Shown here: one piece after another, positions 10,981-23,200 of the stretch | Layout: every line of letters begins with the position of its first letter | How positions within the stretch are numbered: position 1 is the stretch's first letter | Assembly: GCA_001724265.1 (NCBI GenBank) | Contig: MEDY01000201.1 | Span: forward strand, 1-52,738 | DNA length: 52,738 nucleotides | DNA from: Rhizaria sp. SCN 62-66 | Lineage: Eukaryota | Direction: 5' to 3' | Position numbers and translations under genes: made by a program | Notes under the pieces: model-generated | The model's input: only the letters and a program-made list of their open reading frames with translations | What the model was told of the DNA's origin: nothing | The model's database searches: none

Positions 10981-13900
10981 CCACCGCCGCGAACGCCAAC
11001 GGCCACAGCCCCACCAGCGGCGGCAGCAGCAATGCGGGCATCACCGGCAGCGTCGCGGCGCTTGGCGCGCCCACGCTGGCTTTCGACCGCACGCTGTCTG
11101 CGGACTCGAGCGACGAGGACATCCAAAACCCTAATAACCTCAACAGCGGCGACGGGGCTTTGCTCGCGCTCCCGCTGCCGTCAGGCCTCGCCGCCTCCGC
11201 CGCCGCCGCCGCCTCTGGCGCGGCCGGCTCCGACGCCGAGTCTCCGTTCCTCCTGCGTTCGGTCGCCGGCTCCCCCGCCGGGCTGGGTCTCGTCACGCCC
11301 TCTGCGCTCGGCGGCTCCCACAGCAGCAGCGGGTACCTGTCTGGCTCGCCGTCGCTGGTCGACGCCGACGGGATGGTGTTGTTGCCGTCAGACCCGGCCG
11401 CCGCCGCCGCCGCCGCCGCCGCGCTTGACGACGCCGCGCTGGCAGACGCACTCGAGCTCCTCGCGGCCGCCGCGGCGCATTACCCTCTGCACGGCGAAGA
11501 CCTTGCGCGCGCATTCTCCGCCGCCGCGGCCGCCGAGGAGGACGCCGCGCTCGCGCATATAGCAGCCACAGAAGCCGCGGCCGCCGCAGCCGCGTCCCCA
11601 CATCTCGCCGCGTCTGCGTCGTCGTCCTCGTCGGCGTCCGTGTCGTCGGCGTCGTTTTCTGCGGTGCGCGCCGGCGTGACGTCGCCAAGCCTGGGCGGGC
11701 AGAGCGGGTTCATGACGCGCTCCCTTACAACCGGCGCGGCGGGCACCGCGACCACGGTCACCTTGGGCGCCGCGTCGCCCACAGTGTCCGCGTCCGGCAA
11801 GTCGGCGGGCGCGAGCGGCGTGCGGTCACCGGGGCTGGGACCGCGGAAGACTTCTGGTGCGCGGTCAAGCGGCCGTGTCGCCGCGACGCCGCAGGGCCTC
11901 TCGTCCGTCGCGGCCTCAGCGTCCACAGCAGTTGCGACTTCCGCTGAAAACGAGAGCGGTGCATCGGCGCCGTCGCCGTCCCAGTCTCCGTCCCCGTCGC
12001 CGTCGCCGTCGCTCGGCGCCACACGCGGTGGGCGGGCCAAGCGCGGCGGCCGCGCCAAGGCGGGTGCTGCTGGCGGTGGGAAGAAGCGTGCGTCGGGTGC
12101 GCTGGGCGCGGCGGTGGGCACGGACCAAGTCGTGCTGTGCATCGACGGAGCGCCCGCAAACACGGGCGACGATGAGGAGGACGATACCACTGGCGACGAC
12201 CTCTCTGTGACCATCTCGCCTCTCTGCGGGCCTGCGCTGTCTGCGTCGGCTGCCATCCCTTCTCTGTCACCCTCGCAGTCGCCGTCACCGGAGCTGTCCA
12301 TCTCGGCCTCGCCGTCACCAGAACTGCTTCTGCCCACGGTCACGATTACGCCTAACACGAGCTCCGCCGATGAGCACACCGGAACTGGCGGCTCCGCCTC
12401 AGCCTCGCACAGTGCCGCCGACGCCGACGCAGAGGCCGACGCTTACGCTGACGTCGCTGACCCTGGCGGCGCGGGCGCTGGTTCGGGCCCCACTGGCGGG
12501 AAGCGTGGCGCGCGCAAGTCGTCCGCCGTGTCGGGCATTTCCGATTCCGGCGCGCACTCGCTGTGCCCGTCGACGCAGCCTGGCAGCTCCGCGACGGACG
12601 CCGACTCGTCCACGCTCGGAGACGGCGCCGCGGCGCACGAGCGCGCCCTCGGCGATATCGACATCAATGACGACGACGACGGCGACGACTGCGTGGACCG
12701 CAGTGGCGACAACGGCGGCAACATCGGCGACGGCGACGACGAGCTCGACTGCGACGATGTCTGCGACGCCGAGCCCAAGAAGCGTCCTCCCGCGGGCACG
12801 CGCGCTCGCAAGGGCGGCGCGGGCGCGGGCGGCAGCAGCGGAACGCTTCCGCGCACTTCCCGGTCTGCCCGTCCCACGGCCACGGCCACGGCGGCCGCAC
12901 TGTCCACCGCGCTCGCCAGCAACGAGAAGAACAACATCCACAACGTGAGCGCAGGCGTGAACGCGTCGATGACGATCAACGTCGGCGCGTCCCCTCTGGC
13001 CGGCGCGGGCGGCGGCTCGTCGCCCAACTCGGTCGGCGACGGTGGGTTCTCGCTAGGGCCGCGCGCGTCGAGTCCGCCGGTGTCACCGGGCGCCAACTCG
13101 CGCGGCCGCAGGCTCGGGTCCCCCGGCGGTACCATGACTGCCGCCGACTCCGCCTCCGCCACCGCCACCGCTGCTGCTGGCGCTGCTGTTGCTACTGCTG
13201 CTGGCTCTGCGACTGCTACGGCTGAGGCGACAACTGCGCCGTCGCCGACATCGTCCAACTCGTCTCTGTCCTCGCTGGCGCTGCCTCCGGGCGCGGCCGA
13301 TGACGATGACGACGACAATGACGACAATGACGACTGTGGTGACTGTGGTGACGTGCTCGACACGACCCCCATCCCGGCGCGCTCCCCGCGCGGCGGCCGC
13401 GGCTCCACGGGCTCCATGCCCTCGTCGTCCTCGGGCTCGGCCGCAAACCCTGCGGTCTTGGGCTCAGGCGCGGGCTCAGGCCCCGCACACAGCGCCGGCG
13501 ACGCCGCGTCCTCGGGAAATGCCAGCGGCAGTGGCAGCAGCGGTGCAGCGGGTCGGTCGCCGCAAGGGAAGCCGCGGCGCACGCTCACGGGCTCGGGCCC
13601 CGGGGCATTCTCGCTCAGCACCGAGTCGCCGGCACTAGGCGCGCTTTCATCGCCGTTCGCGCCCTCGCCGTCCAACGCAAAGACGCCTACCAAGCCCGCG
13701 ACCGGCAAGCGCGGCGCCGCCGGCGCCACTGCTGGCTCGAACGGGCCCGGGACGCTGACGCGGGCGACGTCGTCAGGCCTGCCTCCGCCGGCGCCCGTGC
13801 TGACCGCTTCGCTGTCTTCCGCGGCGTCCACCGCGGCCGCCGCATCGCACTCGCACTCGCACTCGCATGGCGCGACCCCTTCGCTGGCGCCGTCAACCCC

Positions 13901-15880
13901 GCTCGTCGGCGCGGCCGCGGGCACGGTGCTCACGCTCGGCCTTATGGCCGACTCGCAGCGCCGCCGCACCGAGTGGACCGCGTCGTCCGTCGCCGCGCCC
14001 GGGATCGTGGCCACAGTTCCGCCGCAACTGCCCTCGGCGCCGCTGCCCGCCGCCGCCGCGCTGCCGCAGGGCGAGCTCGACTGGCGCTTTGTCGAGTGCT
14101 TTGGCGCCGATGACCCAGCCGCGGCCGCCGCTGCAGCCGCCGCGGCGGCCGGTGGGGGTGGCGCCGCTGCCGCTGCGGCCGCGGCGGCCGCGGGCGGACT
14201 CGTGAACCAGCCCGCGGACCAGATCACCGCTGTGGAGTTCAACGAGACAGGCGAGTTCCTCGCCATCGCCGACCGCGCAGGGCGCGTCTCGGTCGTGCAG
14301 GAGCTCAACGTGCAGAGGTACTCTGAGCAGTCGCGCAAGTCGGCCCTCGCGGCAGAGCGCGCTGACTCCATCACGGCCACGCCCGACGCCTCCGCGCGCG
14401 GGGTCGGGCTGGCGAGCAACCCCGGTGTGAGTGAGTTCCTCACTGCGCAGACCGAGTTCCGGTTCTACACCGAGTTCGCGTCGCACTCTGTGGCGATCGA
14501 CTCGCTCAAGTCCCAGGTGATTGAGCCGAAGATCAACGCCGTGCAGTGGTGGCCGCAGTTGCCGGGCCACCGCGCGCTGCGGCTGCTGGCCACGAACGAC
14601 AAGGTCGTCAAGCTTTGGTCGTTGACCGAAGCCACGGCCGAGACATCCGCCGCCGTCAACGCAGGCACGCAGCCCACTGGCGCGTTCGTCAAGCCCTCGC
14701 TGTCGGAGTATGTCGCGCGCCGCAAGCAGGGCGCGTATGGCGGGCCCCCCTCGTTCCCGGCGGCGCCGTCGCCTCTCACTCCGCTGGCGCGCGGCGCATC
14801 GGGCGCGACGCCGGCGTCCCCGAGCAGCGGCGCGCTTAACGGCAGCAGTGCGACCGGCGCCGGCGGTGGTGTGTCCGCCAAGGGCACGCGCACGGGCCGG
14901 TCGCAGTCCGCGGCCGTGGCGCCGCTGTCACCGCGCATCATCGGCGGCGGGCCTGGCGCGGACTTCTACACCTCCGTGCTCACCGGCAGCGCGAGCAACG
15001 TCGGGTACAGCAATGTGTACTGCAACGGCCGCGCGTTCCACCGCAACCCGCTGATCCGCCCACACGCCGGGTTTATCCCGCGGCACGGCGCGACGCAGAG
15101 CGAGGAAGTCCTCGCGCGCGCTCTGCACCAGGGGATCACGCCGCCCGACGTGCAGTCGCCGCCGCCCGTGGTTGTGCCGTCGTGCCGCCGCGAGTTCAAG
15201 AACGCCCACACTTACCACATCCACTCGCTCGCCATCTGCGCCGACCAGGCATCGTTCATGTCGGCCGACGACGTGCGCGTGAACCTGTGGGACGTCGAAG
15301 TGGACCACACGACCTTTACGGTGACCTCGTACCGCGGCGACTCGGATGCCGGCGAGCACGATGACCTCATCACAGCGCTCGCGGCGCACCCCATCGCGGG
15401 CAACCAGTTCGCCATCGGGTCCTCCATGGGCGCAGTCCGCGTCTGCGACACCCGTGCGGGCGCGCTGCATGACCGTGGCACGCCCCAGGGCTCGGTGCTG
15501 TACATCCCGACCCCGCCCGCGCCCGGGTCAATGCCGTATCCAGACGATATCCACATCTTCATCGCGTCGATCCAGGATATCAAGTTCTCCAAGGACGGCC
15601 AGTTCATGGTCACGCGTGACTACATGAATCTGCGCATTTGGGATCTGCGTAACCCGAGCAAGTGCGTGTCTGAGTTCCCGATGCACGGCCACGTCAGCCA
15701 CGACATCTCGCTGCTGTGCTCGTCGCCGGCGATCTTTGACCCGTTCCAGTGCGCCGTGTCGCCCGACATGCGCTACATCTGCACGGGGTCCTACTACAAC
15801 ACGTTCTGCATGGTCGAGACGGACTTTGTACGCCCCAACCCCACGGCCTACTCCGCCGCGCCCGCCGCTGCTGCTGCCGC

Positions 15881-15919
<39 letters not shown>

Positions 15920-18836
15920 TGGTTCAACCGGCGCAGGCTCGACCCCGCCGATGCCGCACTTGGACTCTCCGCTCTACGGCGGCTCCTCGCTTCTCCCGCG
16001 CCCCGTCACCGCCGGCGCTGCCTCCGCCAGCGGCTTCGCGACGCCCCCGCTGACTCCCGCCGCGTCCGGCGCCTCCGCATCAGGCTTCACGGCCTCTGGC
16101 GTCCCCGGCACCGGCGCGGGCGGTGCGTCGCTATCGCTCATGGCGTCCGCGTCTGCGGCGGCGGCGGCGACGGGGGTGTCTCTGGCGCAGCTGCCGATGC
16201 GCAGCAGCGGGAGTTTCTGCCTGGGCCCCGGCGCCGCGCCCGGCTCGCCGTCGCTCAGCCCGCACTTGGCGACCTTCACGGCCTCCACGGCGGGCTGCTC
16301 CTCGGCCGCGGCCGCCGCCGCCGCAGCCGCCGCAGCCGCCGCCGCGTCGACCTCGCTGGGCCCGCGCGCAGCGCCCGGCTCCACGCCGGGCCCGCTGTCG
16401 CTGCCGCCCGCGCTGTCGGCCGCAGCCGCCGCGGCCGCCGCGCCGGTGCCGAACCCCAACAGCGCGCCTGTGGGCGTGTTTATGACTGCGCGGGACGACC
16501 TCCGCGCCATCGTCAAGGTCGCCGCGCTGTACCCTGCCGGACACTGCGCGCCCGCCACCGCCGCAGCCGCTGCGAGTAGCGGTGCTGGGGCTAATAGTGG
16601 GACCAACTCGCCACTAGTCGCGACGGCCGCGCCGACGCCGCCGACCGCGGGCCGCTCGACGGCCGCAGGGGGCGGGAGCCGCAAGGGTTCGCTGAGCTCT
16701 GCCTCTGACGGCGACGGCGCCAGTGCGGCCGCTGACGACGCCGTGTCGGACGCGGACGCGCTCGCGGGCTCCCCGGCGTCGGCGGCTGCGGCGTCGCCAC
16801 TGAGCAACACCGCCGGTGGTCACGGTGCATCTGCTGCTGACGGTGGCTGCGGCTCGCAAAAGGCGGCGACGCCGACGGCGGCGCTGACGGGATTGCACCG
16901 CGACGCACTGACGTTGCCGGCACCCGGCGAGTACTTCCGGCACATCCCGCGCACTTACGACGACCGCATGCTGAAAATGTCGTGGCACCCGCGCTCGCAC
17001 GTCGTCGCCGCGGCCGGTGTGTACAAGCTCTTCCTGCTCCAGGGCGTTCCCACCGAGGCGACGCGCAGGGACATGGAGGCGCAGACGCGTGCGCGCCGCA
17101 ACACGCTGCAGTCGGGCTCGTTGCAGGCGCTCGAACTTCTCCGCGCGTCGGCGCTGCGTGCGGCGCACACGCACACGCTCTACGGCGGCGGCGCGCCGCT
17201 CTCGCCCTCGGCTTCCGCGGCGACCACGCCCGCGCCCAAGGGACGCCGCCCCGGCGCGGCCCGCGGGGCAGCGCGCGCGCGCGCCGCGGGCTCGGGCGCC
17301 GCCGCGGACACTGACGCCTCGGTCGCCGCAGCCGCTGCTGCTGCTGCTGCTGCTGCGGCCGGCGCGGCGGGTGCGGCCGGTGCGACGAATGCGACGGGCG
17401 CGGGCGCGGACGGGACGCTGCTGCCACTGCCGCTGTCACTGCCGTTGCACGGAGGCGCGACCGCGCTGTACGGACCCTCGGCCACTGCGGGCGGCGCGCA
17501 CCGCGGCAACGCGCCCGCGCTCACGCTGCAGGGCTTCCCCGGCGCCTTCTCGCCGCCCCTCGGCGCGACGCAGAAGAAGACGATCTCGCTCGCGCCGCCC
17601 GCTGTGGTCAACGCGCCCGGCTCTGCTGCTGCGGCGTCGTCCTCTGCGACCGCCGCCTCGGCTGCTGTCGGTGCTGCTGCTGCTGCTGCTGCTGCGGTTG
17701 TGGGCACTGGCCCATCGGCGAGTCCCACAGCTGGTAGCGGCAGTGGCGCTAAGGGCAAGGGCACCGGCAGCCGGGTCAAGGCGCGCAAGAGCGGCAAGCT
17801 CGTGACGTCCGCTGCTGCTTCGCCCACGGCCGCGACTGCAGCTGGGGCTGCGGCTGCGGCGGACGGCGACGTCGTCAGAGGCAGAAAGCTGCACTTTGGC
17901 GACGGCGACGACGACGGCACTACGAACAACGACTACGCCATCAACAACAGCGGTGGCGGCGATGAGAACGCGAACGAGACCGACAGTGACCCCGACGGCA
18001 CGACGGCGTCGACGTCGACGTCGGTATCCGCCGGCGACGTGACCCTGACGCTGCCGCCGCCCTCCGCGCGCGTGCTCGTCTCGCCCGTTGACCGTGAAAG
18101 CGAGGATGACCCCAACAGCGTGGGCTTCGCCGTCGCGCTGTCTCCGCTGTCGTCTGACGGCGGCAACAACCCGCTCTCCCCCCTCAACACGGGCTTCTCC
18201 GTCACCAGCGCCAGCGCCAGCAGCGGCGGCGGCAGCGGCAGCAGCAGCGCGGCCAGCTCCACGGGCCCCTCGCCGACCGCCGCCAGCGCGGCGTCCGCCA
18301 AGGCTTCCAAGGCCGCCGCCACCGCTGCGGTAGCGCGCGGCCGGGGCTCGCCGAACGACGGCAGTGGCGGCCGGTCGGGTCGGGTCGTGCCGCCGCTGAC
18401 GCCGCCAGCTTCTAAGTCGCCCACGCTCGTGGCCGCCGCCGCCGCGGCCTCCGCAGCCAACACCCCCGGTGGCGGCGCCGACACACTCAGCCTCGGCGCA
18501 TCGGCTGCCTCTGCCTCTGCCTCGTCGCCTGAGGGGAGCGCCAATGGCGCGTCGAGCAGCGGCAAGAGCGCCTCGGGCCGCCGCGGCGGGAGTCGGTTCA
18601 TGTTCAACGGCGACCAGGCCGCTGCGCTGTCGCTCGTCGCGGCTGAAGCAAGCACCGCGGTCGTTGGCGGCAGCACACCGACCACCAGCACCACCACCAT
18701 CACCAGCAGCAGCAGCAGCAGCAGCACTAGCAGCGCTGACTCGGCTGCGGCGGGCACGATTGTGTCGCCGCTTTCGGGCAAGAAGGTCGTAGCGCGCCGT
18801 GGGAGCGTCGTCAAGGGTTCACTCCCCAGCATGTGA
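7839..18836 (+). CDS. PPP2R2-like: Giant PP2A B55/PR55 (Cdc55-type) regulatory subunit with two N-terminal DEP-like domains, 3665 aa
   Basis: B55 WD40 motifs at 14073-17043: DWRFVECFG, DQITAVEFNETGEFLAIADRAGRV, FYTEFASH..DSLKSQVIEPKINAVQW, LLATNDKVVKLW, RREFKNAHTYHIHSL..FMSADDVRVNLW, IQDIKFSKDGQFMVTRDYMNLRIWD, IFDPF, TGSYYN, SWHP. DEP-like segments lie at about 8451-8750 and 9282-10290. TGA stop. A possible acceptor ending at 7789 leaves the true 5' end uncertain. Confidence 0.88.
10926..10979 (+). repeat. (AAC)5(AGC)13 compound coding microsatellite (poly-N, poly-S)
   Basis: Read directly. Confidence 0.9.
15864..15920 (+). repeat. GCT/GCC trinucleotide run encoding poly-Ala (one of many in the window)
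   Basis: Read directly, within the B55 propeller region before the last blade. Confidence 0.85.
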
Positions 18837-19264
18837 GAAACGCCAGACTCCCACTGCGGACTCCACATCAGTATAATTACCAATTATTTCACTCAGAACA
18901 GTCACCCATACTCCCTCGTTAGCGCCCATTCAAATCGCTCACAGCAAGCGAGCGAACGAACGAAAGTATGCGTTGTCGGGAGCAATCAATCATGATTCAT
19001 AACGCACAACACTTGCACTTTGGATATCTACGTTGTACATAACATCTACTCGTCAAGTTTATGAGCCTTCTTTTTATTTTTTTAATGCCTTTATTATCCC
19101 GCGACTACATGCGCAATTGTCCACTCGCCAATGCGCTTCGAATTTTTCTTAAAATATCTTAACAATCACACTCGGTGAGAGGTTAGCGCATGTTAATATT
19201 GTGTGCAACTCAGATTTATATGCCCACATATTCATGTACGTGAATTGGAATACATATAACCACA

Positions 19265-19622
19265 TTAACACGAAACTTTCACCCTGGTGAGTAAGTTCGC
19301 ATATGGATCACATGCCTTTAGACAAGTTAGGGTATAGTATACAGTACGTAAATCAGTCCATGCACGATTACACGTGCGCTGAAAGAAAAAGACAAAACAA
19401 CAACAATAATTTGACATTGATATCACGCCTTCACATATACACGCGTCTTTGTCCACTGCCACACCCACCAGCAACCCGTCGATGTACTCAGCAAACTTCG
19501 TCGGCTCACCAGCCTTCTCCCAGGTAAACACCCCGTGCTTGCGCCCATGTACCCACGAGCTTTGCACGACTGAACCGTCGTCGCACAGCAGCGTGCCGTA
19601 GCCGTGCCGCTTGCCTCGACGA
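19265..19622 (-). CDS. MORN-repeat coding segment; upstream exon structure unresolved (possibly extends to about 20000, possibly degenerate)
   Basis: RRGKRHGYGTLLCDDGSVVQSSWVHGRKHGVFTWEKAGEPTKFAEYIDG fits MORN repeats and follows a TTCCAG acceptor (19624-19623). Candidate upstream introns at 19948-19885 (GTATGT..TAG) and 19708-19623 do not give a convincing protein. Confidence 0.5.
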
Positions 19623-20243
19623 CTGGAACGGAACACCAAAGAAAATATCGCGCGAGAACGCACCCATTGCCATCACGCGCACCACACAATTAATCTTTGG
19701 ACACAGACTTGCCATCAGAGTACGCAATCTGAGCATGTGATACGCGAAAAGCGCGTCACTGCGTTCATGTCTGCGAGCCTGCGCGTCAGCTTCGCCACCT
19801 GCCGCAACACGCGCCGCATCGAGAAGCGTCCACTTGTAGCTTTGTTGTTTTCAGGCCCTCGGACTTCGCAGGTCCGTCGTGCAACTATTGATAACAAACA
19901 GAAGATACGAAAGAAAGAAAATTGAAAAAATTACGGCTTAACACATACATGAAGCAACTGCGCATACACGCAGCTTCCATCCTGTGTACACCGTCATATT
20001 TGATCGGCAGCTCCGTCTCGGCTCACCATGGTCACTCCAAATGTTGACTTTAGGTGAATGAGTACCTTACTGCGTGCATTCGTTTTATCGTCCAACGCCC
20101 CGAGCGCGATACATATAAGTTTATGTCATTTTGTATACTTGCATCTTTAATTATATCCTACTGAACGATCTTCGTCACTCAATTTATAGCGTTAAAGACA
20201 CACAGCCGGTCCGTTTCTTTCTCAGCAAGTGCTTGTGTCACGG

Positions 20244-23200
20244 ATGTCGGCAACTCCGCTGCGGTCTGGCTCCGTCCCGGGCTCAGTCCGCTCCGCAGCG
20301 CACATCAAGCCCGTAACATGGCCGGCACCGAGCGCTATGCACACGGTCAATCGTGCCGGTCCCATGCCGACCCTGCCAGGCTCGTCCCCACAGCATCCCC
20401 GCAGTGGGCTAAGTCTGCCCCGGACCGCGCAACAACCATTGCTGCCCTTCGAACTTGCTCCTCCGTTCCCCGGCCCCGGCATTGGCCCCGCACGCGCGCC
20501 CGCACCGCTTCCCCCCGCGCTGCTGCCCCCGCTGCTGCCGACGACCTCGTCCTCGGCCTCCTCCGCTGACCCGGCCGTCCTGACTCCCCTCGCGGCCTAC
20601 AAAGCCTTCTGCTCGTCCCTCAGCGTCCCCGCGCGCCCTTTTATCTGCTCTCAGCTTGAGCGATGCTCTTTCCCCTCGCCAGGACTCCCCACGCCTCGCG
20701 ATGCACTCGAGTGGTCCCTCACCGCGCCCGTTACGCCCGCCTCCGCGTCCCGCACCGCAGGCCCCAGCGCCGCGTGCGTCGCCGCCGTGGTGTCCCGGCG
20801 CGAGCTCACCGCGCTCCTGCGCACCGCGCAGCTGAACCCGGCGCTCGCCACACTGCGGCTCACGCGCCTCGCGCTTGCCCCGCAGGACGCCGCGCTCGTC
20901 GCGCACGCGCTCCGCGTCATGCCCGCCGTCGCCGCGCTCGACCTCACGGGGTCGCCGTTACTGACCGGCGTCACACTCGCGCCCGCGCTCGCCGCGCTGC
21001 CGCACGTGCGCGTGTATACCGACGCCGGCGTTCTCACCGCACCACGCACTGCTGCCGGGGGTCCGTCGCAGTATCACGCGCCGGCGCCGGTGCTTGCGGG
21101 GGTCCTCAGCAGTGCGGCGCCGGCGCAGTCTCTGACGCTCTCGCGCGGGCCACCGCTGGCCAGCGCCGGCGCCGCGGGCGGGCTTGTCGTTGCGGGCGGC
21201 GGGTACTTCAGCGCGCGCGAGGCCGCACTCGCTTTGGCAGCCCCGTTTGCAGCGACGCGCAGCGAGCCCGCCGCGCTGCCAGGCATCTTGCCTGACTCTG
21301 CGTCCCTTGCGCCGTCCTCTGCCGCACCAGCCGTGTCGTCGTTTGCGGCGACGAGCGTGACGCGCGCGCGCGAGGCGATCGTGAGCGCATAGTCCGCCGC
21401 ATTGCGGGCCGCGCACCCGCGCGTGGTATTGCGCCACGGGACCGGCGCCACGGACCACGCCACGCTGGCGGCTGCCGACGCAGTCGCCGCCGCCGCTGCG
21501 TCGCTTCACCACGCGGGCCCGGCGTCCGCTCGCTTCAGCGACGCCGCTGCTGTTGCTGCTGCTAGTGTTGTTGATGAGAGTGAAGACTCGCGGTATCTTC
21601 TGTCGCTGTTAGCGCAACCGCCGCAGAGCGCTGATGCGTTGTTCCCGCCATCTGCGCGTATGCAGACTCTGCTTGACGATGCCGGGCTCTCTGCCAACGC
21701 CACCGTGTCCTTAAACGCGACAGTAGCTGACACATCTTCATCGCTGACAGCGCCGCTCCCAGCGACGTTTGACACCACGAACGCGGCCGCTCCCGTCTCA
21801 ATCTCCGCATCCGCGGCCGCCGCGACCGCTCTCATGGCCTCCGCGCCGGCTTTCGCGCAGCCCGCGCTGGCGCAGTCGCTGGACCGCAGCGCGCCCGCGC
21901 CGGCGGCGTGGCTTGCCGCGCTGGCGGATCCCGCGGCGCCGGGCGCGGAACGCGTGCTGAGCCACGCAGCACGCTTCCGCGAGCTCGACGACGACGCCTG
22001 CGAGCTGCTCTGGCGCCTCGGCATCGGCCGCGGGGCCGCGCACAAGATCGGCTACACAGGCCGCGGCGAGCGCGTGATTGTCTTTGCCGACACGGGGCGG
22101 CCTGTGCGGCGCAAGGCGCGCGTTGCTGCAGTGCGCGCGGCCGTCGCGGCGGCCGCTCTGGCCACAGCGTCGACCGCGAGCGCCACGCCCGCGGCCGCCA
22201 TGCCGGCGTCTGCGCGCTCTCAGCGGCCGCACGTGTTCGCGTCGACGGCCGCTGCACTGGCGGCCGCGGCCGCGCACAGCGCAGCAGCGTCGCACGCGGC
22301 CGCTGCGGCTGCCGAAGAAGAGGCCGCGGAAGACGAAGACGAGGACGAAGACGACGACTGGCTACCGATACCGGCGCCGGAAGACCTTTCCGCAGCGACT
22401 GTTGGCGGCGTCCACGGCCACGGCGCACACAACGCGCTGGCGGCGTTTTTCGCGCTTGACCCTTCGTTTGCGGGCGCCGCGGACGCCACGGCCGCGCTCT
22501 CAGCGCTCGCGCGGACGCGCAGGCTGCTCATGATGACTGGCGCCGCCGCGAACGCTACCAAGCCCGTGACTGAGAGCGCCGCCGCCGCCGCTGCTGACGA
22601 GGATGTCACTGCTGGTGCGGCGTCCGCGGGGCACAAGAGCGGCGCCCCGACCCCGCGCGCGCTCACGGGCGCGATTGCAGCCGCAGCAGCCGCGCCCGTG
22701 GGCACGTTTTCCGCGATGGCGTACCGGCGCCAGCGCGAGATCGAGCGCGGTCTGGTTGCGTCTGACGGTACGCGTATCGACGCCACGCCCGCGAGCGCAG
22801 CTGCGGCGGCTGAGACGGAGCGCAGTGTGAATCCGCTGCAGCATCTGGGCGTGCTGTTCACCGCGACACTGGAGGATACTGCTGCACACACAGCGCGCGC
22901 GCAAGCACTTCGGGCAGCACAGGCGCAGGCGCGGAGCTCTGCGACGGCCGAGTCGAAGGCGCACCCGCTCGTCAACGCGGACGGGACGGAAAAGAAGCCT
23001 GTGCCCGTGTTTGTGACGCGCGCGGAGGCCGATGCTATGGCTGCCGCTGAGCTTGCAGCCGCCGCAGCAGCAGCCGTGGCAGCGGCGGAGGAGGAAGCTG
23101 CGGCAGCTGCTGGCTCTGGCTCTGTCGCCGTGCCTGTACCTGGGAAGATGGGAGCCGCGCAGGCGGCCGCTGTGGCCGTTGCTGCTGCGACACTCAGGCG

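Noticed and set aside
21381-21392. GTGAGCGCATAG as a 12-nt in-frame mini-intron removing the TAG (similarly GTGTAT..TAG, 15 nt, at 40743-40729)
   Set aside because: At or below the shortest known spliceosomal introns. Real introns here are 89-196 nt with GTANGT donors and pyrimidine tracts. Not formally excluded without RNA-seq.
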